Counted from the stretch's first letter, positions 1 through 14,369 are shown. The stretch is 64,000 nucleotides of DNA from the human T2T-CHM13v2.0 reference genome, Homo sapiens (GCF_009914755.1 NC_060940.1); one strand, 5' to 3'. Made by a program: numbers and translations. The notes: generated by a model from the sequence alone, not told the origin.

Positions 1-664
1 ACAAGAAAAATCACATGAGTGTTCCTGCTTCCCTTTTTACTTTGGTCACCAGGAAGCTCAGAACTAATTGTGTGGCCCAATCAGAGCAACTGTGTTGAAT
101 TGCTTGGTCCGTGTTTCTGCCTTATGGTTACTCCGTAGTCTTGACCTTCTTTCATAATGTGTAATTCTGTCATTATCTTATTTTTACTTTTTTGGTAATT
201 TCTTAAGTGTTGATTTGTCACTATATCCTATAAACCACTTATAAAATTAGGCCAAATATTAATAAATAAAACTATTAAATCCATAATTTCTGTCTGTAAC
301 ATGTTAACTGTTACATTGCAGGGGCTCAGTAAATATCCCCAAATTTCTCCCAACCTCACAGTTTTCAAGAAAGGATAAGTTCTTCCACTCATGTTCTTTT
401 AAATACTGCCTATCAGAGGGTGTTATCTAAAATTAAATATTCAGATGTGACTTTTCACCTTCTGTTTGGGCCATCTTAACTTGGCCGTTATGCTGTAGCC
501 TGAGTTTAAATACACTTAAGCTGAGATATTTGAAACCATTTTTAGAAAGAAGGAGAACCAAACTAAAATGCCTAATAGGAGTCATCCAGTTTCCCTCCCC
601 TTTTGTCCCTTATAGCTGATAGCCTCCACCTGACACCAACTACCTGTCCCCACCACTCAGATAA

Positions 665-880
665 GCATGATATAACAGAAGGAACTCAGGCTTTGGAGAT
701 AGTAAGAATGAATTCCAGTTCAGCTTCTTATAGCTGCATAACTTCGACAAGTTACTAACTTCTTTGAGCCTATGCTTTCTTATTTTGGAGACAAAAACAA
801 GTATCTTATTGGGATTTCTCTGAAGATTAGGTGGGAATCCCATGTAACATAATGTGTGGCATAAAACAATTACCCAATAA
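665..880 (+). mobile_element. MIR SINE (diverged)
   Basis: MIR-like core 'gttactaacttctttgagcctatgctttcttattttgg...gaagattag'; boundaries approximate. Confidence 0.65.
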
Positions 881-888
881 TTCTTACT

Positions 889-895
889 TGAATGG

Positions 896-929
<34 letters not shown>

Positions 930-1052
930 AAATGGATAGAGGATGGAAGATGGATGGGTGAATGGATGGATAAATAAATGAATGGATGAATGTATGTTTG
1001 ATGGATGGATGGATGACGGATAGATGGATGGATGAGTGGATGATGGATGGAT
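889..1052 (+). repeat. (TGGA)n degenerate microsatellite
   Basis: Long run of atgg/tgga units seen directly. Confidence 0.95.
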
Positions 1053-1361
1053 ATAAAATGAAACTATGTCTTCAAACCTGGCAATCTCATACATTGGACT
1101 AAAGAAGCTGTTCTCTGTATTTTCTTGCCAGAGTTTGGAGGGGACAATATACATTTTCCTCATCTCTTTTCCCTTGACTACAAGACTATGACTTGTATGA
1201 ATGCCTTGTACGAACACACACATTCACAAACACATACACACACAGTGTGGAGTTACTATTCTGTTTCTCAGGGGTGTCCAATTCTGTTTGGGGGTTGCCA
1301 CATTTGCCCTTTTGGAGTATGCCCTCATCTGCAAGTATTTATAGCATTTTTCACATTTTAG

Positions 1362-1437
1362 AAAAACAAAACCCTGAGGATGACTGAGAACAGCCTTGTC
1401 TTCAGCTACGTTTTCAAACACAGATCTTACCTACAAG
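1362..1437 (+). other. Candidate 76-nt non-coding or cryptic exon
   Basis: Acceptor 'tttttcacattttag|' ending 1361 and consensus donor 'AAG|GTAAGT' at 1437/1438; no transcript evidence. Confidence 0.3.
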
Positions 1438-2254
1438 GTAAGTTATTTTATTAACTCATTTTTAAACTAAAAATTCCAAGTAGGAGGAAAACAGGTGGAA
1501 GATATTGCTGCTTCACAAAATTTTGTAAAGCATTGACATTTTTCTTTTCTGAAAAACAGCCAAAAAACACAATTCAAAATGTAATCTGGAAATCCTGATT
1601 ATGGATTTCATTCCCTGCCCCAGTGTTCCTCTACAGAGTGAGGGGCAACTAAGTAACAAGGGCTTTTCTACTGCAAGGTGACAATTTGAAGGGTTTTGTA
1701 TATTTTGTGAGGCTGGTTTGTCCTTGTCCCTCAGTCACGGGACAGGGGGGAAGCTTGTCAAAGGAGGAAGATTAAAATTTATAAAAAGGCCACAGAAAAG
1801 GGGACCCGTTGTTCCTAGGGGAAGAGTCCTCTGATCACCAGTATGTCCGGAAGCTCTTGCTTCCTGTCCAAAGCATAGCACTAAGACAAACAGCCACTCC
1901 CAGGGCGCAGGGACCGGAGACAATGCAGATCTCAGGGCCCGAGGGATGCATCACTGAGGGAGCCACGACTGGTCTCTGGGCCTGACGGTAAACCAGGGCT
2001 GTTAAGTGTTGCCCAGGTGGCCAGCAAGACAAATAAGGTGAGGCGACTGGGGTCTACATCTTGCATTCCTGTGGCCAAACGGTCCCTTGGAAGGCTGGAA
2101 GGCCTGAGGCCAGGAGGCCATGGGGATAGGGAGCTGGGGATAAAAATGCACTCATGAGAAAAGAAGCAAGAGATATTCACGTGGCAGTGACCAGAATGCG
2201 GGAGAACTTGGGACATGGCAGACAAAATCTGCACACCCAACGCAAAGAACAATG

Positions 2255-2372
2255 GATAGAAGGAAGAGGAAGGAAAAGAGAAAGAAAGAAAGAAAATAGA
2301 GAAGGAGCAAAAGAAGGGAAGGGGAAAGGAGAAAAGGAGGAAAGAGAGGAGGAAAAGAAGAGGGAGGAGAAG
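2255..2372 (+). repeat. GA-rich polypurine low-complexity tract
   Basis: About 115 bp almost entirely A/G. Confidence 0.85.
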
Positions 2373-3261
2373 TCGTCATTTTTTCCCAGGCTATAAGGAA
2401 GGATGTCTCTCCTACTGAGCAGCATAATTTGATCCCCAAGAGTGAAATATGCAATAAGAAAGAGATTTCTTGGAGTTGGATTAATGATAGTCTAAAAATG
2501 TAAAATCAACTGAATATTTACTCTGTAACCAGCTATTGTCCCAAGTCCTTTCTTTGTATTCCATTTCCAGGACATACATCTGAAATGGATGCCTTCTGTA
2601 GCCTCATTTTAATGCTAAGGAAGCTGAGGCTCGGCAAAGTCCAAGGCCTTGGGTTCCTTTGCCCATGATTTTTTTATTTCCTGGGGGAAGGACTCAGGGT
2701 TTGAACAGAGAGTGGCTCAACCTCAGAGTGTGTGCCCATGACCAATATCTCTTAGCGTCTTTGGCAAGCAAAGCAGCAGCTGAAGATCCCCAGCCCAGCA
2801 CCCATAAAGGGTGAGGCTCTCCTGCATGGGAACTGGAATCATGCATAGCAGAGAGAATGTGGGGAAGACCTGAAACCAGGGCTGGTAGATAAAAAGGAAG
2901 ACGGTGAAGTGTAGAACCAAGAAGAGGGGCCAGAGAGGAAGGCCAAGACCCAGAGGCAGTATTTTACTTTTCACAGGAGGGGCTGGATGGAACTGTGTTG
3001 AGGCAACACTCATGCTGTGTGCATGGTGCACCTAGAGGGGCATGGGTCTGTGAGCTGTTCAGGGTCTCACTGGGTGATGAAACAGCAAGAGAACCAATGA
3101 TGCTGCCACTGAAGGAGTGAAGAAGAGAGATGGGGAGTAGACTCAAGATGGGGCCAGGTCAGAAAGAGCCCCAAAGGCTATGATAAGAAATTTGGATTTT
3201 ATTTTTAGTGGGAATGGACAAAAATAAAGGGTTGAAACCAAAGAAATGCCAGCACTGGACT

Positions 3262-3345
3262 TAGAGGGGTGTATAGGAACTCCTGGGTACTTTGTGCTCA
3301 TTCCTTCTGTAAACCTAAGACTGCTCTTATAAATAAAATCTAGAA
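3262..3345 (+). mobile_element. Old L1M (MB/MC-like) 3' end fragment
   Basis: 'ggaactcctgggtactttgtgctcattccttctgtaaacctaagactgctcttataaataaa' resembles L1M 3' terminus. Confidence 0.6.
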
Positions 3346-3427
3346 TAATATCTATCTTTCTTCCTATCTGTCAACCTCTGCTGTTTGTGTGTACCACTAG
3401 TGTTATTTAAAAATAAACCATGCTTAA

Positions 3428-4052
<625 letters not shown>

Positions 4053-4494
4053 GCATCCTACTTTTCTACTCAACATGTGTTTGGGAAATCTCGTAAATGA
4101 ACTGATAAGCATGTAAGTCACTGCAATAAGGGTTGCCAAATATCCCATTTTCTCTAGTACTCATAAGCATTTTCTTCTGTTGGAGTTTGTATGCATCCAT
4201 TATAAAAATATATAAAATACCTAATTGTTATTACCTGAAAGCATTAGACTTGGGTTTCATGAAAATCTCATTCTTTTTAAGTGGGGGAAAGGGCCTATTT
4301 GGTGATGGCCGCAGTCCTGCAGTGTGAGAGGATGGTGGATCAGAGCAGAGCAGGAGACATGGACGTGAGGACTAGATTTGCAGCAGGAAAAAGGGATGGA
4401 AGAAGAGTCTCCACCACGGGGAAGGAAGAAGGCGCAGCATGGGAGCAACCCTTGGAAGGAGCGGGGAGTCATTCATTGCAAACCCTGAGCCACT

Positions 4495-4985
4495 GTGCAG
4501 GGGATAATTCTGCCCTTCCAGATCCACTGTGCTCCCTTGCTCAAATCTGCCTCACCCAGGGAGGCCGCGTGGTGTCTGGATTGGCTGAGCACCTCTCAGG
4601 TCTTCTGGCTTCTTGTTGGACTTGGCCAATGGGGAGTGTTCGCAGGAGGTAGGCAGCAGAGTGAAACTGAGTATTCATTTCCCTGACTCCTTCCCTCTCT
4701 GTGGGGTCTCCACTGAACTGCTTTCTCCATGGGCCTCTCTCCTCCTGGGTGTAGGTCACTCCTTCCTAGCCTTGCCCCTTCATGCCTAGAGTGTAGCAAC
4801 TCCTGCTGTTGCCAGTCCCAGGGCGCTGCTCAGCAGTACTGCTTCTGCTTCCCTCTCCAGTGCGTTCTTGGCACCTGCTTTGCACCAAAGGCTCCCCAGC
4901 TCTTCCGGCTGAATATGCCGTTTCCAGCCAGGGCTCAACAGCTACCATCCTACCAGAGCCCACTTTCCTACCCTATACTGACTTA
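4495..4985. mobile_element. LTR33-like solo LTR (ERVL)
   Basis: 'ctgcccttccagatccact...tctggcttcttgttggacttggccaatgggg...gagtattcatttccctgactcc' matches recalled LTR33 layout. Confidence 0.65.
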
Positions 4986-5044
4986 AAGTAAATTACATAT
5001 AGCACAGACTACATAAAGGAAAATCTTGCACAAAAACCAAAAAC

Positions 5045-5370
5045 TTGCATGGACCTCAAAAACATTATGGTAATTGAAAGAAGACACACCAGAAAGGGCA
5101 TGTCTCATAGGTTTCTATTTATCTGAAATGTCGAGAAGAGGCAAATCCATAGAGACAGACAGTAGATTAACAGTTCCCAAGGCTCGGGGAGAGGGAATGG
5201 GGCGTGACTCTTAATGGGTATGAGGCTTCCTTTGGAATGGGGGGAAATGTTTTGGAACTGTATAGAGGTGATGTCTGCCTGGCACTGAAAGTGCTAAAGG
5301 CCAACAAATTGTATACTTTAAACCAGATAATTATATGTTAAGTGAATTTCACCTCAATTAAAAAATAATA
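5045..5370 (+). mobile_element. L1MB-like 3' UTR fragment
   Basis: 'ggcaaatccatagagacagacagtagatta...gaaatgttttggaact...gtgaatttcacctcaattaaaaaa'. Confidence 0.85.
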
Positions 5371-6342
5371 ACTATAATTCATGATAGCTACTGCTCTAGT
5401 CTTCATATTTATATCTCTGTTTATCTCCTTTGGGGCTTTTACCCTGGACACACGTAGGTTGCACTGCTGAAGTTACTTGACTTTTTTGCTGCCTTGGTGA
5501 AACCATCTCCGAGGCGTGGTAGCAAACCCTTGGCATTCTAAGCAGAAGCAGAATAAAAATAGGACTTCTCTTTGAAAAGGAGAAGTGGAGACGTGAACCA
5601 TGCTGGTCTCTAACAAAGCCCTCTAGGCCCTGGTTGTGATGCACAGCCCAGGAAGGAGGAGGCAGTGAGGAAGGAAGCCACAAGAAGCGGGGCACATTCC
5701 CCACATCCAGTCCTGGGAGGAGAAGCCTTTGTCTCTTCCCTCTCTGCCGTCAGCTTTTGCCAGAAGAGCTCGAATGTTTACACAGCTTGGCTGGCAAGGA
5801 TGTTGGCAGCGGGGCCCTTGCTGGATGGAACACGAGGCCCTGCTGGGGCTCTGAGACCAACTCTGATGCAGACCTCTCCCGCCTCCCACCCGCCTTCCCA
5901 TTCCTGGCTGGAGAGGGCCGGGTCTGGGCCAGCACAGGGCAGGAAAGACCTGGGGATATTGGCCAAGGCCTGCGTTACCTTGGCCTGAGCGTGTAATTCA
6001 TTCACAGTGGGGGCCCAGGGCCTGGCATGGCATTGCCTCTCCCTCAATTTCTCTGGGGATGCGTGCTCTTTTAGGCCTGGTTTTGATATCACTCCACTGT
6101 TATCCACAAAAGCACCAAACTTATTTTGTTTCTTAGGCTCTGATGAGCCTCTTCTTATCAATGCCTCTTCTGTGTCTACTGGTGAGAATTAACTTGTCAG
6201 AGAGAGCCACATCCAGAATTCATGGAGCAACTGGGTTGAAAGGGAATATCAGAAAACCCCAGGGAAGGGACTCACCGCTGAAGGATAGCGGAGGGTATCC
6301 TGAGTTTGCCGTAGGAAGCAGGGACTCTTCCTAAATCGCTTT

Positions 6343-6580
6343 GGACATGGCAGAACAGTTACAAAGTCACTGGAATCAGGTTTGTAAGAAACTCTGCCAT
6401 TTACTAGCTCGGCGATTGCAGGACGGCTACCGAACTTTAAGCCTCAGTTTCTTCCTCCATAAAATGGGTACAACAACTGTGTTTATCCCCTGTATGGATT
6501 GTGAGTTAAAGGCAAATATAGTGCTTAGAAGCACATTGGCCCACAGCAAAAGGGCTCAATAAATATTGCCTATTTTTATT
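6343..6580 (+). mobile_element. MIR SINE
   Basis: 'aagcctcagtttcttcctccataaaatggg' core and 'gggctcaataaatattg' 3' end. Confidence 0.8.
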
Positions 6581-6984
6581 GAACATATATTTGCCTCCTC
6601 TTGGCTTCTTCATTGCTCTCATTTGGAAAATGAGGACACTAGAAGAGAGACTGTTTCTCGAGAATCCTCTGATTGTAAAGCTGTCTAATTCTGAGGTTTT
6701 ATTAATGTTTTCTAACTGGTCCTGGAGGTGTGGTATCTCCCCGCAGTCTGGGGACTATCACCCCACCCTTCAGAACAGCCTCTGCTTCTTTCGAGATGTT
6801 CTGGGATGGAGACACAGTTTGGGTTCCAGAATAGAGGCAGAGTTTGGGTTCCAGAATGGAAGGTTCTGTTTCCTTCCATTGCACACACTTTTAAGGCAGT
6901 TGCTCATCAAAGGGACAATGGAAAGCCACCCTGGGATCTATTTACTGTCATACCCAGAAGACTTGTGACCTAAACAAGCACACA

Positions 6985-7140
6985 ATAGGGACAGCTTCAT
7001 GGGCCTGTGACCTGTGCCCTCAAAGGGGACATACACATCGAATGCTCTGCTGTAGCTGTCTTGACATTTTAATAATTTTTGAACAAGAAGCTCCACATTT
7101 TCATTTTGTGTTGGGCCCCACACATTGGGTAGCTGGTCAT
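6985..7140 (+). mobile_element. MER91A-like hAT MITE
   Basis: 'cagcttcatgggcctgtgacctgtgc...aataatttttgaacaag...cattttcattttgtgttgggcccc'. Confidence 0.75.
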
Positions 7141-7989
7141 TTCTGCATGCAGGCCCTGAAGGTCACCACTGTCCAAGTGTGTGCAAGTGTGCATTTGTGT
7201 GTCTATATGTGTGGTTGGGACAGAGAGGGATTCTTTTGAATTTTAAGTTGCTATATGTGAAGAGATGCTTCTATCAGCACTGGTTGCAGAAAAGAAGCCC
7301 AGCTAATTGTGAGTGGGTTCCAAACCTGGCCCCCTGCACCTAGAAGATATAGTCAACCCCACTGCAGCGGCAGCTGGGAGGCCAGAAAGCAGCAAATGAG
7401 CTGACTCATGAGAATCTCCCCGCGCACAATGGCGGGGTGGTGATTTTTCTCTGCCTTACTTCTGTGTCTCCTGCAGATGATGTATGAATTGCCTTATTTA
7501 CCTTTTCTCTCCAAACCTTCTCCCTTATTATTTTTATTAATGTCATGCCAACCCCGAAAAGGAGTTTCCTTTTCAAAAAAAAAGAAAAGAAAAGGAAAGA
7601 AAAGATCCCCCAACACGTCATTCTCATAGCCAAGAGAATGTATTTTTTAAAATACTAGTATTTGTGTGTATGTGATTTAAGAGAGAGAGAAAGAGAGAGA
7701 GGGAATGGTTTACTTATATGAGAGTCCAAAATTTGAATAGAAATACTAACAAATTCAGGTCTTTATTTCTGAAAAGGCCAGACTGCCCAGGAAAGTTTTA
7801 TCATCTTAACTGACAATAAAAACATTGCTGCATTTAACAAATTTTAATTTCAAAAATAAGGGAGACGTAGAATGCATTTAGAGCCAGGAGAGAGATGTGT
7901 GCGGTGTTACATGCACAAGAAGCATGTTACTGGCTTCCCAGCAGCCTGATCCTGGCACTTAAGATAATATGTATGGTACATATATCTCT

Positions 7990-8180
7990 GCCATTTATTG
8001 AGTGCTCACCAATCGGCATTCAGTAGCCCATTGGGCCTGCAAAATTTCCTGTGAGATAGGTGAGTCCCAGCTTACAGAGGATGAAACTGAGGCTTAGAGA
8101 AAATCAATAAACTTGCCCAGGGTCACACATCTCACACTAGAACCAACATTGGAATTCATCTCCATCTAGCTTCAGAGCTC
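7990..8180 (-). mobile_element. MIR SINE
   Basis: 'ttacagaggatgaaactgaggcttagaga...acttgcccagggtcacac'. Confidence 0.8.
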
Positions 8181-9609
8181 ATGGTAATAAATTCTACATA
8201 TTTACCTCTGCTTCGGTCTGCAAACATAAGCCACCTTGATTAGCTGCAGCAAAATACCAGTCACAGATTGGCCAGACTGCTGCTCTGTTATATATTCAAC
8301 ATCTCAGGGGACAGAGTTGAGAAGTGATCTCTCTAACCTGACACCCAGTGCACGAACTTCTTCTCCAATATTCCTTGTTATGGATTCTTTTTGATTATTC
8401 CCTGTGATGGCGAACTCACTACCTGTAGAGACAGCCTGCTTCATAATCCCATAGCTCTTTGAATGACAATGTTTTTCTTTATCTTGAAAGACAGATCTTT
8501 CATCCTCTACCCTTGGATCTAAGCTAGAGGCACAAAGAACAGGCAAAGCTTCACCTTCAGTACAGGTGGGCCTCCCAGACTCTTTATTTTAAGGCAGAGC
8601 CCCTTTCAATTTCTCAGTCGTTTCTCCACGAAGCCAGTATCCAGACCATTTTCAAGCCAGCTCAGGGTACTGGTCTCTGGTTGAAGAAAATGAACCTTCC
8701 AGCTTTGCCCATCTGCACATGAGCTTTGAGGGTTGGGGGTCCACTCCTAGGCCAGCGGTGCAGTGGGTTCCACATTCCATGGAGCAGATGTGATCAGCTT
8801 GGGTTTCAGAATCCAGGCCCATCTCCAGGTGTCCTATTAGGGGAGAAATGGCGGCTCCACCTGGACCCCCAGCTCACCATCTGAGCTGACTCTCTTCTGA
8901 GAAGAAACCTCCTTCTGCCCGGCAGTTGGGGAGCTCATTATGAATCCTAGGAAGGTGAGGGTGTGCCGTTTATGAAAACAACTGTTTAATAGCTCCCAGA
9001 TCATCCATATTCAAATGTGAAGAAAATAATGGTAAAGACGTAATAAAGTAACAGATGTGCGTGAGTCAGGTTTTGTGGCAGGAAAAAATGTGGGTTTGCT
9101 GGTATTGATTTCACTCTTCCAAGGGTTAAGGATGGATGTAGGTGTGTTTCCAGGATGGGTCTCGCAGAGCCCAGGGCCGTGGGCAGCACAGCGCCGAAGA
9201 CATTCCACACGTGCTGTATACCTGTATAGGCACACGCATCCATCCAGGTGGCTGCAGATGTCAAGCAGCGCGAGAGAGGGGCTGAGTTGCAACACAAAGG
9301 TGCTGACTGCTCAACTCATGTGACCACAGAGCTAGGTCTGCCCAGAGGGAGTGCCTTTTCACCTTTTCCCACTGTGCATAAAGTTGCCTGTAAGCACCAG
9401 CAGCAATGCTGTGAGCATAAATGCACGTGTGCATGTGGGTGTGCAAGCTCACACTCTCACACTGGTCCTCACCAGGGTGGAGGACAGACCAAAGCCCTAT
9501 AGCCCGGGCGACAGCCCCTTGCTCCAGGCATCAACAGCCAGATACTCAACTCAGCAGTAGCTTAGAGGCAGCCTGTCGCAGTAGACGGAACAGGTTTTAC
9601 AGCCACAGA

Positions 9610-10115
9610 AACATGATTTTTAATTCTAGTTCTGCAACTGACTAGCTATGTGGCCAAAAGCGTGTCACAAAACCTTGCAGAATGTCAAGTTCCCCAACTG
9701 GAGCATGAGAACAATGAAAGAGAATCACCTTATGGAGCTGTCATGAGGATTTGAGATAATAGACGTGCTAACTTCCTAAGCTGCTCCTGGAGCATAGCAG
9801 ACGGTCAATGAAACAGCATTTTGGAAGTAACTGTGCAGTTGAAGGCAAATACATGGGAGGGAATCTAGCAAAGTGGTTGTGAGCAGTGTTTCTGAAGTCA
9901 AACAGCTTGAGAAAGGAATTCTAGTTTTACCTTTGACCAGTTGCGGAATCTCAGGCAAGTTACTTAATCTCCCTGTCCCTCTGTTTCCTAATCCATAAAA
10001 TGGAAACAATAAGCTTGTTGAGCTTATTGAGCTCATGAGCCTGCTGTGGGAAATAAATGAAACATATGTTTAAAAGCGCTTAGCTGAGAACCTGGTGTGT
10101 AGGACACGTTCCATA
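9610..10115 (+). mobile_element. Two adjacent MIR SINEs (about 9610-9820 and 9870-10115)
   Basis: 'ggcaagttacttaatctccctgtccctctgtttcctaatccataaaatgg' plus a more diverged upstream copy. Confidence 0.7.
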
Positions 10116-10984
10116 TATACTACCTAATAGTATTGCTTTTCCAACCCAGTGAAGGCTGTCTTTTCCACCGGGTAGGCTGTGTCCCATGCAAACTTTCCTG
10201 GATGTGAAAACTCCAGTCTTTTCGGCACTGAATATCTCCGATGCAATTCAAAAGCACGACAATAAATCCTCATCAAAGGAAAGAATGGAATCAATAAAAA
10301 GAACACCTTCCCCCCACCCTTCCCCTCACCACAAAAGAGGAACATTTAATATCTGTTCTCAGTGTCTATTTTATCCCTCCTTCCCCTACATTTTAGTAAG
10401 TTTAATTTCTGAAATGTTTAACAGTTGTTTTCAGATAAATCACAGTCAAGCTTTCTGGCCCAATTCATAGAACTTTTCATTGCACGGGGGAAATAAGCTC
10501 TTCCGGCTTGTTGGAGAAAAGCAAATGTGTTCTCATTGTCTATTCATAGTGGAGTCGCTGGGAAGGGACCTTGAACGCGCAGCTTGTCAGACTTCCCATT
10601 ACCTATCATTCAAATGTGTAGCAGAATTCTTTTAAAAATTGATTGCTGGGTTTTTGTCTTTTGTTTTGGTGGGGGAGTGGTTTACAGGTATGGTTTCATA
10701 AATAATAGCTTTGTAAAGATGAGCTTTCCTACAAATAATATGGAAATATTCACAGAATGGGTGCAAATATAGTATATATACATGATTCCAAAGGGGGACA
10801 TCCCAAATTCCTTGTCAGTTGAGAATTGAAGACTGTATCAGCTTATGACCCAGAGCTTTGATTTTCCTAAGCATTTCCCTGCATGGTAGCCACACCACCA
10901 GTTTCTTCCAGCAGAATGACTGAAAATTTAGGCTGTAGTGGCAGAAAAATCTCGGTTTGAAACTAAGATCTATAACTCCTATGG

Positions 10985-11210
10985 ATAGTCCCTGTCTACC
11001 TCTACAGACCCAATCTCCATCCTTCTCTATCCAATTCTGTGCCCTGGGAGGCTGTCGTAGGCGGCCTCTATCAATCAGGGACTCCATTGTTTTCTGGATG
11101 CTGGCTGGATTTAGCCAACGAAGTTCACTGATAGCGGCTTGGAAGCCAGATAAAAGTATGTTTGGTGTAAATTCTCCTGCGCTTCTCTCCAACAGACCTC
11201 ATGGTTGCAA
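10985..11210. mobile_element. LTR33-like fragment
   Basis: 'ctctacagacccaatctccatccttctc...ctgtgccctgggaggctg...ggatttagccaa' parallels the 4495 element. Confidence 0.5.
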
Positions 11211-11616
11211 TAGGTATTTTTCTCTTCGCAAGCCCTTTTCTTCCACTAGGACCCTAGGACTCTCTCTGGGCTCTGACTTGATGTCTCCTTCATTAACTTG
11301 CCACCATTACCGTGCTCAAGTGAGCATGAAAGATGCTTCATACTGGCTGACAAAGACTTCATCTCTTCAAACCTCCGCTCACACCTTTGTAAATGGGGGA
11401 CAGAAAAAATGTCTACCTCATCCAGGTGTAAGGATCAAATGAGATGACACAGGTAACATTATGGCCTGACACAGACTTCACTGTGTTCAATAAATGGCAC
11501 CTGTTATTTTTCGCCATTGTCATTGTCATCCACTTAGACTTCAACGCTGCTGACCCTTACTCCTAGTAGTCCCTGATAATTGTCTATGCTGGCGATTAGT
11601 GCCACTCATCAAAATA

Positions 11617-11979
11617 CAGATGGTGCCCAACTTTTGATGGTTCCACTTATGGAATTTTTGACTTTACTACGGTGTGAAAGTGACACACATTCAGTAGAAA
11701 CTGTACTTTGAATACCCATACAAACATTCTGTTTTTCACTTTCAGTACAGTAGTCAATGAATTTCCTAAGTTATTCAACACTTTATTACAAAACAGACTT
11801 TGCGTTTGATGATTTTGCCCAACTGTAGGCTAACGTAAGTGTTCTGAGCACATTTTAAGTAAGCGAGGCTAGGCTAGGATGCTAGGTAGGTTAGGTGAAT
11901 TAAATGCATTTTTGACTGATGACATTTTCAGTGCATGGTTTATAAAGCTATAGCCCCATCTTAAGTTGAGAAGCGTCTG
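11617..11979 (-). mobile_element. MER47A (TcMar-Tigger MITE), full length
   Basis: Termini CAGATGG.../...CGTCTG flanked by TA on both sides (11615-16, 11980-81); internal 'gcccaactgtaggctaacgtaagtgttctgagcac'. Confidence 0.9.
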
Positions 11980-11994
11980 TATTTACAACTCTCC

Positions 11995-12330
11995 TCCTCC
12001 CAGATAAGAGGCTGGGCCGTGCTTCCTGCCCTTGCTACACTTGGGCATGAACGTGAGACCTGCCTTGACCAGGAAGAGATGTGAGTGGCAGTCACATAAG
12101 TTGCCTCCAGGAAGGAGGTCTGAGATCCAGTGATGGAATCACTACATTCTATCAGCCTCACTGATCACAGAAACATAGGTTGAGATGGAGCCTCCATCAT
12201 ATGGAGTCTGAGTGACAGTGACAATGGGCATAGCCCCTCTTGCTAACCCACACTGCACATGTTACTTGGACAAAAATTAAGCCTTTTTTTTTTTTTTTTT
12301 TTTTGCAGTGCCTCAAGCTAAGGTAAATGA
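11995..12330. mobile_element. MLT1-type MaLR LTR (old)
   Basis: 'gatgtgagtggcagtcaca...gagatggagcctccatc...gagtctgagtgac' resembles MLT1 H/I/J. Confidence 0.5.
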
Positions 12331-13894
12331 GGACCAGAGAGATGAAGCTCCTGGCTCAAGTGGCTCCTATCCCATGATTCCAGCTCTCCAGCAATTCTCC
12401 CCCACTCCCACCTCTATTCGATTCTGGGGCCGAAAGCCAGCAAGGCAGAGCCACTGGGACCTTCCCTGCCTGAGAAGCGCATAGAAGTAAGACCCTCGAA
12501 CAGGTCCAAGCTGGGCCCATCACAGAAAACAGATGTCCACTGAGGGTCCAGCATCGGGATTTAGGGCTATTTTTTACAATGTTACTGAATGAATAAATTC
12601 CCCCAAGACTTACATTTTAAAATTTAAGAGTTGTCACCTATTCTGTTCTAAGGATGCCTAGAAGGAATATCGGCTTTAGCTCAACTTCCCATGGCGAAGG
12701 GGAAAACTGCTGTGTGCTATGATAAATGATTTACAAACCTTCTTTGTTTAAAATTTCCTTAGAACAAGGCAAAGGTGAGTATTATTATCCCAGGCTCAGA
12801 GAGGATGAATGAGGCTCAGAGATGTTAAGTAAATTGTCTAAGGTCCCAAAGCTAGTAATAGATGTAGTAATAATTAATATAATACATGATGATTTTAGTT
12901 GACATTTGTCAAATGTTTACTCTGTGCTAGACACTGCTAATCCCTTCCTGTGGATTAACTCATCTGTGATGTGCTCATGGAATGTGTCTCTGAAGATGGC
13001 AATTTTATTATTACCATTTGGTAAATGAGAAAAGTGATTCAAGCCCTGGGCTCATTTTCCAAGATCTTCTCCACTATCTGGTGTTTCCCAGACTGTGTAC
13101 CCTGGAGCTCTAGAGGTTCCATGGAATCTACTAAAGAACAAGGAAAGACAGAGCTAACGTCTCAGGGCCAAGTTCTTTTCTTAATCTTAAAGCAGCTAGA
13201 CCTTCAACTACATTGTTGTTGCTTTTTCATACGATTTCTTTAAACAAAATTTTGCATGGCTAGGAAAAGGTTGAGAACCTCTGAACCAGAGGCTTTCTAA
13301 GGCAGTTTCCACACTGAATCTTCTAGGATCTGTGAATGGAACCCCAAGTTTTTTTATTTTTTTTTTCTCCAGGACCATAGCACACTGCTCTTTTGTCTTG
13401 GCTGTCTGTTTTAGCTATCTGGCATCAGCTGGTACCAGCCAGGTGTTTATCTTTTAGTTTATACTGTAGATTCTATCACCACTGAGGTCTGAGTTCTAAT
13501 CTTCATTCCTTGGCTCTGAGCCTACCTGGGCCTGATTTCCTCTGTTAGAGGAAAAAGCCCAAAGACCAACCATTCCCACCTGGCTTCAGCCTAGCAGCAC
13601 CAGAGAGTACTGATGTGGGAAACATGTGGAGACAAACGATTGCCTAATAATAAGACAGACAGACATGCCGATGGCTTGCTCACACACTTTGTCATTGTGC
13701 TGTTTCACTTAATTACATAATTTATTTTCTTAACTTGGGCTGCTTACCCAGAGTAACCTGGCAGCAAACATATTCTCAATAATTTAAACAACAAATAAAG
13801 TTCAAATAAGTGATCATTCCAGTCTTTCAAATCCAGTTAACCCTCAAGTCTTGGAGCTCCTTTCCCAGAGTGAGGTTTTGAGTGGACTGTTTAG

Positions 13895-14233
<339 letters not shown>

Positions 14234-14369
14234 TGAAAACATACCCACAATAGTGGACCAAGGGCAGGGTCTTTTTGCCAAGACCTACAGCTCTGCTTCT
14301 ATTGTCTGGAAACTCAACAGTAGTTGCTTTTCCTCGTTGTGCTACTAGTTAATCATATATATGAAAATG

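Noticed and set aside
10957-11442. Longest ORF (161 aa)
   Set aside because: Non-ATG start, overlaps LTR33-like and MIR relics, no recognisable domain
13350-13450. Isolated strong splice acceptors (13372; also about 32321 and 60574) and a donor near 45195
   Set aside because: No convincing paired sites or reading frame; such signals are common in intronic and intergenic DNA
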